Assembly: GCA_018830645.1 (NCBI GenBank) | Contig: JAHJSA010000050.1 | Coordinates: forward strand, 45,676-109,675 | Direction of reading: 5' to 3' | Length of the DNA stretch: 64,000 nucleotides | From: Actinomycetota bacterium | GTDB taxonomy: Bacteria > Actinomycetota > Thermoleophilia > RBG-16-64-13 | Shown here: positions 9,599-18,580 of the stretch, in pieces | Layout of the letters: each line of letters opens with the position of its first letter | Numbering within the stretch: the first letter of the stretch is position 1 | Program-made: the position numbers and the translations under genes | Notes under the pieces: model-generated | What the model was told of the DNA's origin: nothing | The model's input: the letters and a program-made list of their open reading frames with translations, nothing else | The model's database searches: none

Positions 9599-11781
9599 GC
9601 GAACGGGGAGGTGGCATCCACTTCCCCCTAGGACGGCCGGCCTCCCCGTCCGGGGAGGCGCCGGCACTGCCGCCAACTTCGAAGCGACTGATCGACCCGA
9701 GTCGTCTGGAGAGACCGCTCGACTCTCTGCGCGGAGTCGGCCGGACGCGGTCGGCCGCACTCGCGGCGCTCGGCCTCCGGAGTCTGGCCGACCTCCTCGA
9801 GCGGATCCCCTTCCGCCACGAGAACCCAGTGCGCCTAGCCAAGGTAGCGGAGTTGCGTATCGGTGAGGAGGCCACCGTTCGTGCGACCGTCAAGACCATC
9901 GCGGTCCGTCCGACCCGAAGGCGCGGTCTGAAGGTCCTGGAGGCCTTGGTCGCCGATGAGAGCGGCACCGTGCGCGCCGTCTGGTACAACCAGGCATACC
10001 TAGCCGATGCCTTCTCCAACGGACCTGAGGTCCTTCTCAAAGGCAGCCTGCGGCGCTACGGCACGCTGCTCTCGTTCGTCGTCACGAGCCACGAGTTGCT
10101 CAGTTCCGGCGAACCGTCTGAGGGCATCCATACGTTGGGCCTGATCCCCGTCTATCCCGCGTCGGGAGATGTGAGCGTGCGCTTCATCAGGAGCCTGCTG
10201 GGTTCGTGTCGAGACGAGGCACAGCACGTCGTCGACCCGTTGCCCTCGCGCGTCGTGGCCTCCCACCGCTTCCCCGGACGCAGAGACGCGCTCCTCTCGT
10301 CCCACTTCCCCGCCAGTATCTCGGAGGCTCGAGCATCACGGAAGCGGCTTGCGTTCGAGGAGCTGCTCCTGCTCCAGCTTGCCCTGCAGAAACACCGCCG
10401 GGAAGAGGAATCGGATCGTCCTGCGGTCGCGCTTCCCGCTCCCGGCACACTTGCCGCGCGATTCCTGCGCGATCTGCCGTTCGCTCCCACCGGAGCGCAG
10501 ACCAGGGTCATGGCCGATGTCGACCGCGACCTCGCGCGCGCGATCCCCATGCGGCGCCTGCTACAGGGGGATGTGGGCTCGGGAAAGACGGCCGTAGCCG
10601 CCTACAGCCTGGTGAGAGCAGTCGAGGCGGGGGGCCAAGGAGCTGTGATGGTACCCACCGAGGTGCTTGCGGATCAGCATGCGGTCAGGCTCGGCGAACA
10701 GTTTGGAGCCCTCGGGATCCGGGTGGCCCTCCTGAAGGGCTCGACGCGGGCCGCGGCCCGCCGGGACACGGTTAGACGCCTCGCCGCGGGCGAACCCATG
10801 GTCGTCGTGGGCACCCACTCGCTCATACAGGACCAGGTCGCGTTCGGAGCCCTCCGAGTGGTGGTGGTCGACGAGCAGCATCGGTTCGGTGTCAGGCAGC
10901 GCGCCGCCCTGTTCACTCCGTCGGGCGACGACTCCTGGCCGCACGCACTCCATATGACGGCCACTCCCATCCCGCGGACCCTGTGTCTTACCCTGTACGG
11001 AGATCTCGACGTGAGCGTGATCGATGAGCTCCCGCCGGGGCGCACGCCTGTGCTCACACGTCTCTTCTACGACGACAACAGGGACGACCTGTGGAGCTTC
11101 GTACGAGCCCGGCTGGACGAGGGCCGGCAGGCGTTCGTCGTGTGTCCTCTCATAGACGACAACGTGGCCGTCACCGCGGCCTCGGCATCGGAGACCTTCC
11201 GATCTCTCACCGGAGGGCCCCTCGCTTCGTACCGTCTAGGGCTCGTCCACGGCCGACTCAAGAGCGAGCACAAGAGCGAAGTCATGGCTGCCTTCTCTGC
11301 CGGCGGACTCGACGCACTCGTGACCACGACCGTGATCGAAGTGGGGGTGGACGTGCCGAACGCCACGGTCATGGTGGTCGAGGATGCTCACCGATTCGGC
11401 ATATCCCAGCTCCACCAGCTACGAGGCAGGGTGGGGAGGGGGGCCGAGCGAGGCTACTGCCTCATAGGCGCAGACTCCGCCGAAGGCGAAGCGAGAGAAC
11501 GCCTGGAGACATTCGCGCGCACCAATGACGGCTTTGCTCTGGCTGAGGCGGATCTCCGAGCACGGGGCGAAGGCCAGGTATTCGGTGAGCGCCAGACGGG
11601 GTGGGGCGATCTGAAAGTGGCTCGCGTGCTCCGGGATCAGAAGATCCTCGCGCTGGCAAGACGAACGGCGACCTCGCTGCTGGAGGGGGATCCCGAGCTG
11701 TCGTCACCCCAGAACCGCCTGTTGGCCGACGCCGCCCAGGTGCGTTTTGGCGGTCTGACTTCCTGGCTGGACAATGTCTAG
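9595..11781 (+). CDS. recG: ATP-dependent DNA helicase RecG
   Basis: RLAFEEL, QGDVGSGKT, DEQHRFGV, MTATPIPRT, QLHQLRGRVGRG. Confidence 0.97.
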   Translation: MSERGGGIHFPLGRPASPSGEAPALPPTSKRLIDPSRLERPLDSLRGVGRTRSAALAALGLRSLADLLERIPFRHENPVRLAKVAELRIGEEATVRATVKTIAVRPTRRRGLKVLEALVADESGTVRAVWYNQAYLADAFSNGPEVLLKGSLRRYGTLLSFVVTSHELLSSGEPSEGIHTLGLIPVYPASGDVSVRFIRSLLGSCRDEAQHVVDPLPSRVVASHRFPGRRDALLSSHFPASISEARASRKRLAFEELLLLQLALQKHRREEESDRPAVALPAPGTLAARFLRDLPFAPTGAQTRVMADVDRDLARAIPMRRLLQGDVGSGKTAVAAYSLVRAVEAGGQGAVMVPTEVLADQHAVRLGEQFGALGIRVALLKGSTRAAARRDTVRRLAAGEPMVVVGTHSLIQDQVAFGALRVVVVDEQHRFGVRQRAALFTPSGDDSWPHALHMTATPIPRTLCLTLYGDLDVSVIDELPPGRTPVLTRLFYDDNRDDLWSFVRARLDEGRQAFVVCPLIDDNVAVTAASASETFRSLTGGPLASYRLGLVHGRLKSEHKSEVMAAFSAGGLDALVTTTVIEVGVDVPNATVMVVEDAHRFGISQLHQLRGRVGRGAERGYCLIGADSAEGEARERLETFARTNDGFALAEADLRARGEGQVFGERQTGWGDLKVARVLRDQKILALARRTATSLLEGDPELSSPQNRLLADAAQVRFGGLTSWLDNV

Positions 11782-12373
11782 GGGCCCAGGGCACGTTCGG
11801 ATCGTCGCGGGCAGTCGAAGAGGCAGACGCATACGGGTCATGCCGGGGCCGGCGATCCGTCCCACCTCCGACCGGGTGCGCGAGGCGCTCTTCTCTGCCC
11901 TGGGGGCCATGAACCACCTCCGGGTGCTCGATCTCTTCGCTGGGTCGGGAGCCCTGGGTCTCGAGGCGCTCTCTCGGGGGGCTGATGCATGCACGTTCGT
12001 GGAAAGCGACTCCCGCGCTGCCGGCGTTCTCAGGCAGAACATCGCGTCACTCGACTTCGATTCCGTGGCGGAAGTCCTCCTGACCGACTATCGCTCCGCT
12101 CTCCGTACACTCGTCCTCAAAGGGGAGCGCTTCGATTTGCTCTTTGTGGACCCTCCCTATAAAATGCTCGCGCAGGTCGAAGAGGCCGCCGCGACCGTGC
12201 TGCCGCAAGTGCTCGAGTCCGGGGGTCTCGTTGTCGTAGAGGGGCCGTCGACAGCCGAATCGCAGCTCGCGCTGCCGGTTGTCTTCCGTCGTCGCTACGG
12301 CTCGACGCTCATCACCATCTATGGGGAGGAGTCTGACCGGGGTGGATACCGCGCTGTGCCCGGGGACGTATGA
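11774..12373 (+). CDS. rsmD: 16S rRNA m2G966 methyltransferase
   Basis: RPTSDRVREALF, LDLFAGSGALGLEALSRGA, DPPY. Confidence 0.94.
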   Translation: MSRGPGHVRIVAGSRRGRRIRVMPGPAIRPTSDRVREALFSALGAMNHLRVLDLFAGSGALGLEALSRGADACTFVESDSRAAGVLRQNIASLDFDSVAEVLLTDYRSALRTLVLKGERFDLLFVDPPYKMLAQVEEAAATVLPQVLESGGLVVVEGPSTAESQLALPVVFRRRYGSTLITIYGEESDRGGYRAVPGDV

Positions 12374-12833
12374 TCCCGTCACGATAGGTCACCTGGATAT
12401 CATCACCCGCTGCGCCCGCACCTTCGAGAAGGTGTTCGTGGCCGTGGTGAACGATGCATTCCGCAAGCAACCCCTGTTCAGCGTGGAGGAGCGGGTGTGT
12501 TTTCTGGAGGAGTCGACCAAGCACTTGGAGAACGTATCAATCGTGGTGCTCGAAGGCTTGGTCGTGGAGAAGGCCCGTGAGGTCGGTGCGGATTCCCTCG
12601 TGAAAGGCCTGCGGGCGGTCACAGATTTCGAATACGAGTTCCAGATGGCCCAGCTCAACAAGAAGCTCGACCCAGCTCTCGAGACCGTGTATCTGATGGC
12701 CTCTCCGGAGTACAGCTTCTTGAGCTCGAGCGGTGTCAAGGAGATCGCTCGTTTCGGGGGATGCGTCGACGACCTCGTGCCCCCGTTGGTGGCCGAAAAG
12801 CTCAGGCAAGTGTACTCGTCCCTGGAGGCGTGA
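12342..12833 (+). CDS. coaD: Phosphopantetheine adenylyltransferase
   Basis: PGTYDPVTIGHLDII, KGLRAVTDFEYE, SSSGVKE. Confidence 0.96.
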   Translation: MDTALCPGTYDPVTIGHLDIITRCARTFEKVFVAVVNDAFRKQPLFSVEERVCFLEESTKHLENVSIVVLEGLVVEKAREVGADSLVKGLRAVTDFEYEFQMAQLNKKLDPALETVYLMASPEYSFLSSSGVKEIARFGGCVDDLVPPLVAEKLRQVYSSLEA

Positions 12834-12836
12834 GAT

Positions 12837-13295
12837 ATGGACGTGCTGGTTCTCATCGATAAGCTGGATGATCTGGTCCACAGCGCGAGTACTCTTCCGA
12901 TGACAGATAAAGTCATGATAGACCGCGATCAGATCTACGATCTGCTCGACCAGATGCGGGCGACCATCCCCGAGGAGATAAAGCAGGCGCGATGGATCGT
13001 GAAAGAGCGCCAGGAGATGCTCTCCGAGGCGAAAGAAGAGGCGGAGCGTCTTGTGAGCGAGGCTCGAGACGAGGCCGTGCGCCTCGTAAGTGAGCAGGAA
13101 GTAGTGCGTCTCGCGGAGCGTCAAGCCGAAGAGATCGTCAGGGACGCGGAAGCCCGCAACCGCGAGATCCGCTACGGCGCCGAGGACTACGCCGACGAAG
13201 TGCTCGGGACTCTTGAGAACAGCCTTGATAAGTTCACCGCTGCGGTCCAGCGTGGCCGCGAACGGCTTCAGGGACGGTCGCAGAGGGAACAGTAG
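12837..13295 (+). CDS. Conserved coiled-coil protein found between coaD and yceD (SepIVA/DivIVA-like)
   Basis: IPEEIKQARWI and heptad repeats ending ADEVL..LE; conserved synteny. Confidence 0.75.
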   Translation: MDVLVLIDKLDDLVHSASTLPMTDKVMIDRDQIYDLLDQMRATIPEEIKQARWIVKERQEMLSEAKEEAERLVSEARDEAVRLVSEQEVVRLAERQAEEIVRDAEARNREIRYGAEDYADEVLGTLENSLDKFTAAVQRGRERLQGRSQREQ

Positions 13296-13322
13296 GTCGC
13301 CGCGGTAACGACCGCCCTTCTC

Positions 13323-13895
13323 GTGGCTCACACACCCGACACCCTCGACCTGCGCGAACTCGCCCTCAAATCAGGCGGTTCGGTCGAGAGGGTGTTTTCT
13401 CTGGGTATCGCACCCGTCATGCTTGGGGGTCTCTCCTTCGACGTGGTGATCAAGGGTGACGGCGTCCACGTCCTCGTTCGCAGGATCGGAGGTGGATATC
13501 TGCTCGATATCTCCCTCCGTGCCACCGTCTACGGTCCCTGCTACCGCTGCCTCGAGGAGGCGGTCCTGGAGGTGCAGGCCTCGCAGGAGGAGTACGTGCC
13601 GCAGCGGGTGGAGGAGTGGCAGGAGGCCGAAGTCTCTGCCTTCATCGACGACTTCGTCGTAGATGTGGCCGCTCTCGCCCGTGAAGCCCTCGTGCTCGCG
13701 CTCCCGCTGAAGCTCCTATGCGACGAATCGTGTCGAGGGTTGTGTCCCGGCTGTGGGAACCCCACGGCATCCCCCGAGTGCGCGTGTGACGTCGTCGAAC
13801 CGGATCCGAGGTGGTCTCCGCTCGCCGGTCTCGACCTCGGTGATGCGGAGAACGGAGAGACATCCGGACCGCCTTTCGACGCGCGATCGACGTGA
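13323..13895 (+). CDS. YceD/DUF177 family protein
   Basis: CYRCL, LPLKLLCDESCRGLCPGCG, DPRW; upstream of rpmF. Confidence 0.9.
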   Translation: MAHTPDTLDLRELALKSGGSVERVFSLGIAPVMLGGLSFDVVIKGDGVHVLVRRIGGGYLLDISLRATVYGPCYRCLEEAVLEVQASQEEYVPQRVEEWQEAEVSAFIDDFVVDVAALAREALVLALPLKLLCDESCRGLCPGCGNPTASPECACDVVEPDPRWSPLAGLDLGDAENGETSGPPFDARST

Positions 13896-13979
13896 GGGCG
13901 GCGCTCATGGGCTTGAAAACGGACTACATATGCGGTAATAATTCACGGCTTCGCCCAAAGGAAGAGAAAGGCTCGCCCA

Positions 13980-14159
13980 GTGGCCGTTCCGAAGAAGAAG
14001 ACCTCCAAGTCCCGTCGTGACAAACGCCGGGCCACCCATCAGATCCCAGGTGCCTCGGTGGGCGAATGCCCGCAGTGTCACAGCCCTCGACTCTCCCATC
14101 GGGTATGCCCGACGTGTGGGTCATATCGCGGCCGTCAGGTCGTGCAGGTGGAAGACTAG
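13980..14159 (+). CDS. rpmF: 50S ribosomal protein L32 (59 aa, absent from ORF track)
   Basis: Read by hand: MAVPKKKTSKSRRDKRRATH...CPQC...HRVCPTCGSYRGRQV. Confidence 0.96.
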   Translation: MAVPKKKTSKSRRDKRRATHQIPGASVGECPQCHSPRLSHRVCPTCGSYRGRQVVQVED

Positions 14160-14288
14160 TAGTCTGAAGAGCGATCGGCCGACACCGGCTTTCCCACCTC
14201 GGATCTCCTCGTGCGTCGTCACTGGTACGGCTGCCACAAGCTCGGGGTATCACCCTTTCGATCCTGACTCTGGGACGAGGTAGGCTCC

Positions 14289-14576
14289 ATGGGGGAGTCG
14301 ACCACGTTCCATTGTGAGAGTTGCGGCTACGAGTCGCGGCAGATCCGCTGGGGCGTGAGCGTGCTCGACCCCCGTCGCCGTTTCATGCCGGCCGTATGTC
14401 TCCAGTGCAAGAGCTTCGTCGAAGTCGACCTCACCGGAGCCGACATCCTCATCGATGAGTTCACCTGTCCACATTGCTCGGCCGAGGTCTTCTTCGTCGA
14501 ACAGGGCGACTCCTACCACTGTCCCCGTTGTTCGACGCCCGGCCTCCAACTTCACCAGGGCTCTGCGTACTGGTGA
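14289..14576 (+). CDS. Hypothetical protein with four CxxC motifs
   Basis: CESC, CLQC, CPHC, CPRC; GAGGT upstream. Confidence 0.75.
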   Translation: MGESTTFHCESCGYESRQIRWGVSVLDPRRRFMPAVCLQCKSFVEVDLTGADILIDEFTCPHCSAEVFFVEQGDSYHCPRCSTPGLQLHQGSAYW

Positions 14577-14667
14577 GGCCCGGGCACTGAACGAGACGCT
14601 CTTCGAGGCACGAGACAGGTAGCCACCGAACCAAAGCCACGCAAGAACACGGGAGGCAAGATCCGGC

Positions 14668-14913
14668 ATGCAGACCATCGTGCAAGAAGGCAGGGCCATC
14701 CTAAGCCTGATCACGTCGATCCAGGTGCACGACGAAGCGCTCCGCTCGACGACCATCCATGAGTTCTCGGAGAACGTGAAGGTCTACTATCGCGATTTCG
14801 AGATCATCCGCATCGAGGCTCGAGAAGGCAATATCGAGATCCTTCCCGGCGCCGTCGCAGGAGTCTTCTGGATCGAGAAGGGTCGGCGCTATCAGCTGAA
14901 GGCCGGGGTCTAG
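14668..14913 (+). CDS. Hypothetical protein, 81 aa
   Basis: GGGAGG upstream, strong GC3 codon bias, beta-rich-looking sequence. Confidence 0.65.
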   Translation: MQTIVQEGRAILSLITSIQVHDEALRSTTIHEFSENVKVYYRDFEIIRIEAREGNIEILPGAVAGVFWIEKGRRYQLKAGV

Positions 14914-15077
14914 AACTCACGAGCACCCACCGCGTCCTCCGGCAGTGTCATTTCGTGCGACTTCGACCTCCCGGGTGCTTCCGCCGAGGGACGCGGTCCG
15001 GTACAATACGGCACCTGTGGACCAGTTCGGGCGGCCGCGCTCGGACAAACGGACGCGAGAGTGAGGTGATCCGGCCT

Positions 15078-15113
15078 ATGGGCCGCACCAGTGTCGGGAA
15101 TGTGATTGTGTGA
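15078..15113 (+). other. Putative leader peptide MGRTSVGNVIV
   Basis: GAGGTGATCC (long anti-SD complement) at 15063-15072, ATG 15078, TGA 15111; TACAAT at 15002 upstream. Confidence 0.6.
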
Positions 15114-15126
15114 GCGTGGCTCTTCT

Positions 15127-15164
15127 GGGACGCGGCCTCTCGGGGCGGCGTCCCTTGTCTTGTT
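15127..15164 (+). terminator. Attenuator-like intrinsic terminator upstream of the EF-G paralog
   Basis: GGGACGC-G-GCC...GGC-G-GCGTCCC stem followed by TTGTCTTGTT. Confidence 0.65.
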
Positions 15165-15234
15165 CAGGCCCAGCGCGAGCGTGGAGCGGAGTGGGCGATC
15201 CGCCTGATCCGCAGGGAACGAGTGAGGAGGATCG

Positions 15235-17316
15235 ATGTCTCTGGTAGATCCGGCCAAGATCCGGAACGTCGCAGTGGTAGGGCACCGCGGCTGCGGCAAG
15301 ACTTCACTGGTCGAGGCGATCCTGCACACGGCGGGCGTGAAGAACCGCCTCGGGAGCGTCGTCGACGGCACCACCGCCATGGACCACGACGAGGACGAGA
15401 TCAAGCGCCAGATGACGATCTCCGCCTCCTTGGCCCACGTCGACTGGGACAAACGAAAGTTCAACCTCGTCGATACTCCGGGGGAAGCCTCGTTCATCAC
15501 CGAGGCGACGGTCACGTTGTCGGTGGTCGAAGGTGCCTTGCTGGTGGTCAACGCCGTAAGCAAGGTCGAGGTGCAGACCGAGCGCCTGTGGCGCAGGTGC
15601 GAGCAGCTGGGAGTCGCCCGTCTGGTGGCGGTGAACATGCTCGACCGCGAGCGGGCCGACTTCGACGAAGTGCTGGTGGCGTTGGGCGAACGCTTCGGAG
15701 CGACCCCGGTGGCGGTGGCGCTGCCCATCGGCACAGATCTGTCATTCAGCGGCCTCGTCGACCTCCTAGACATGAAGGCCTACACGTACTCCGGCACGAC
15801 GGGTAAGGGTCAGGAGACCACCATCCCCGATGACATGGCCGACGCCGTCGAGTCCGCGAGACTCGTTCTCGTCGAGCGCATCGCGGAATCCGATGACGGA
15901 CTGATCGAGAAATACCTCGAGGGCGAAGAGCTCACGCATGAGGAGCTCCTCGCGGCTCTCAAGAACAGTGTCGCTGAAGGACGCCTCGCTCCGGTGTTGC
16001 CTCTTGCCGCAACGAAGAACATCGGTACCGACCGACTGCTCGAGATGATCGAATTCGGGCTCCCGTCGCCTGCGCGCGCGGGGACTCGATCGGTTCCGCT
16101 CGTGGATGGCTCGGGGGAGGCGGACATCGCCGCGGAACTCGACGCGCCGACGGCCATCGTGGTCTTCAAGACGATTTCCGACCAGTTCTCGGGCCGTATC
16201 AACCTGGCCAAGATCTTCTCCGGACGCATAGCCGGCGACTCCCAACTCCTGAATGCTCGCACCGGCGAACGTGAGCGTACCGGCAACATCCTCACGATGG
16301 TCGGCAAGGAGAGTAAGGGCATCGACGAGGCGGGGGCGGGCGATATCGTCGCACTCGCCAAGCTCAAGGACACCGCCACGGGCGATACCCTCACCGATCC
16401 CGCCCGCGCGGTGATGTTCCCGCCGGTGGAGTATCCTCCGCCCGCGATCTCATTCGCCATCACCGCCAAGGTGAAGGGTGAGGAGGAGAAGGTCTCCTCC
16501 TCGCTCAAGCGTCTCATCGAAGAAGACCCGGCCATGCAGTTCCGCTTCGACCCTCAGACGCACGAGATGATCATGGCGGGCACGAGCCAGGTGCACGTAG
16601 AGGTGGTTCTCGACAAGATGAAGCGCCGCTTCGGAGTCGAGGTCGACCTGCATCCTCCCCGCGTTCCCTACCGGGAGACCATCCGGAAGGCCTCCAAAGC
16701 TCAAGGGCGCCACAAGAAGCAGACGGGCGGGCGCGGCCAGTTCGGCGACTGTTGGATCGAGATCGAGCCTCTCCCCGGCGGCGAGGGCTTCCTCTTCGAG
16801 GACGCCATCGTCGGCGGATCGATCCCTCGCGGCTTCATCCCCGCTGTGGAGAAGGGCATCGTCGAGACCATGGAGCGCGGGGTGATAGCCGGGTATCCCG
16901 TGGTGGGTGTGAAGGTGCGCCTCTTCGATGGGTCGTACCACAATGTCGACTCGTCGGAGATGGCCTTCAAGATCGCCGGCAGCCTGGCCTTCCACAAGGC
17001 CATGGAGGGTGCCGCGCCGGCCCTACTCGAGCCGGTGATGAACGTGGAGGTCACCGCTCCCGAGGAGAGCATGGGCGACATCATGGGCGACCTCTCCAGT
17101 CGTCGAGGACGCCCGCAGGGCAGCGAGAGCCTGGGGGAGATGCACGTGATCCGAGCGCAGGTGCCCTTGGCGGAGATGCTCGTCTACGCGCCTCAACTCC
17201 GCTCCATGACCGGAGGTCGCGGCTCCTACACCATGGAGATCGATCACTACGAGGAAGTGCCGTCGCACCTCACCGACAAGATCGTGGAGGAAGCCAAAGC
17301 GGCCAAGGAAGAGTAG
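15235..17316 (+). CDS. Elongation factor G paralog (EF-G2-like)
   Basis: Full-length EF-G architecture (KKQTGGRGQF, DGSYHNVDSSEMAF, LRSMTGGRG) with divergent G motifs; not in the str operon. Confidence 0.92.
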   Translation: MSLVDPAKIRNVAVVGHRGCGKTSLVEAILHTAGVKNRLGSVVDGTTAMDHDEDEIKRQMTISASLAHVDWDKRKFNLVDTPGEASFITEATVTLSVVEGALLVVNAVSKVEVQTERLWRRCEQLGVARLVAVNMLDRERADFDEVLVALGERFGATPVAVALPIGTDLSFSGLVDLLDMKAYTYSGTTGKGQETTIPDDMADAVESARLVLVERIAESDDGLIEKYLEGEELTHEELLAALKNSVAEGRLAPVLPLAATKNIGTDRLLEMIEFGLPSPARAGTRSVPLVDGSGEADIAAELDAPTAIVVFKTISDQFSGRINLAKIFSGRIAGDSQLLNARTGERERTGNILTMVGKESKGIDEAGAGDIVALAKLKDTATGDTLTDPARAVMFPPVEYPPPAISFAITAKVKGEEEKVSSSLKRLIEEDPAMQFRFDPQTHEMIMAGTSQVHVEVVLDKMKRRFGVEVDLHPPRVPYRETIRKASKAQGRHKKQTGGRGQFGDCWIEIEPLPGGEGFLFEDAIVGGSIPRGFIPAVEKGIVETMERGVIAGYPVVGVKVRLFDGSYHNVDSSEMAFKIAGSLAFHKAMEGAAPALLEPVMNVEVTAPEESMGDIMGDLSSRRGRPQGSESLGEMHVIRAQVPLAEMLVYAPQLRSMTGGRGSYTMEIDHYEEVPSHLTDKIVEEAKAAKEE

Positions 17317-17388
17317 GCGGCACCCTCGGCCGGACCGGTCAGGAACTCACGCCAACCACCGTGACGAACGAGCTTCACCGCTGAACTA

Positions 17389-17420
17389 CCACGCCCCCCG
17401 TGATGCGACACGGGGGGCGT
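17389..17420. terminator. Perfect 13-bp hairpin after the EF-G paralog
   Basis: CACGCCCCCCGTG-atgcga-CACGGGGGGCGTG. Confidence 0.65.
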
Positions 17421-17541
17421 GACGTCCTCTTGCCGTCCGGAGCGCCCGGTACCATCGCTTCTTGCCCTGGTGGTCGTGAAGGACTCATGCAACGATTGTT
17501 GTACTATGAAGGGTATGCAATCCAAAGGCAGTCAAGGGGAC

Positions 17542-18408
17542 ATGGTGGAGGATCCGAGACCGAGGCGCGTGACCGAGCTTCTGCGCGACGGGTTCGAATC
17601 GTTCTCGCGTTCCCAGAAGGCCATAGCCAGGTACATCATCGATCATCTTGGAGAGACGGCGTACCTGAGCGCCGAGGAGTTGGCGCGCAAGGGGAACACC
17701 TCGAGCTCCACGGTGGTGCGCTTCGCGCAGTCCTTGGGCTTCAGCGGGTATCCCGACCTCCAGAAGGCCGCACGCGATGAGTTCCGCCTGGGGGCTTCGT
17801 CGCGGGCCATCGTACATGATGACCAGCTGCTCTTCCTTGTAGAAGAAGACTACCTCACCCGGGCCTTGCGCACCGACATCCTGAGTCTCGAAGAGACCCT
17901 GGCGAAGAACACCCTGGCCCGCTTCAATCAGGCCGTCGAGATGGTCTCCTCCGCGGGAACGGTGCTGACCATCGGTATGCACGAAGCCTCCATCATCGCG
18001 ACTCACGCATCGTACGTGTTCGAATTGCTCGGCTTCGCCACGAGCGCGGTGGTCGACACTTCCGAGGCCAACGTGGCCAGACTTCTGCGCCTCGGCCCCG
18101 ACGACGTGCTTCTGGCGGTCGGGTTCCGCCGCGCCCACCCTCAGACGATCGCGTTCCTCCAGAAGGCCGTCGCCGCCGGTGTGCCCACCATCGCGATCAC
18201 CGACAACTCGCTGTCGGAGATAGCCGGCAAGGCGGCGGTCACCTTGTACGCCGATATCGACTCCACGTTCTTCGCCAACTCCCTGGTGGGCCCTCTCAGC
18301 ATGGTTGCGGCCCTGGCGGCCGCCACGTACGCGCGCGACCGCGACACGTACGACGCCCGAGTGAAGGCGGTACGAGCACACGTGGGAGAGTCTGGCTGGC
18401 TACGGTAG
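17542..18408 (+). CDS. MurR/RpiR family transcriptional regulator (HTH + SIS)
   Basis: SQKAIARYI, ELARKGNTSSSTVVRFAQSLGFSGYPDLQ, IAITD; start could be 17506, 17515 or 17542. Confidence 0.9.
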   Translation: MVEDPRPRRVTELLRDGFESFSRSQKAIARYIIDHLGETAYLSAEELARKGNTSSSTVVRFAQSLGFSGYPDLQKAARDEFRLGASSRAIVHDDQLLFLVEEDYLTRALRTDILSLEETLAKNTLARFNQAVEMVSSAGTVLTIGMHEASIIATHASYVFELLGFATSAVVDTSEANVARLLRLGPDDVLLAVGFRRAHPQTIAFLQKAVAAGVPTIAITDNSLSEIAGKAAVTLYADIDSTFFANSLVGPLSMVAALAAATYARDRDTYDARVKAVRAHVGESGWLR

Positions 18409-18433
18409 ATCGACCGGGTGATCCGGCGTCCCG

Positions 18434-18462
18434 TTGATGGCGTCCGGGGGGTCGGGTAGACT
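18434..18462 (+). promoter_or_regulatory. Sigma-A-type promoter for yebC-ruv operon
   Basis: TTGATG-N17-TAGACT. Confidence 0.55.
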
Positions 18463-18580
18463 CTGACTCCGGCCGGTACGCTCACCGCGTCCATTGCGGA
18501 TGGGCTCATCCTGTAGGCCAGAGACGACCGGGCGGGGCGATACGCGCACCGCGTCGGGGTGGATACTGCGGAGGTCGACG

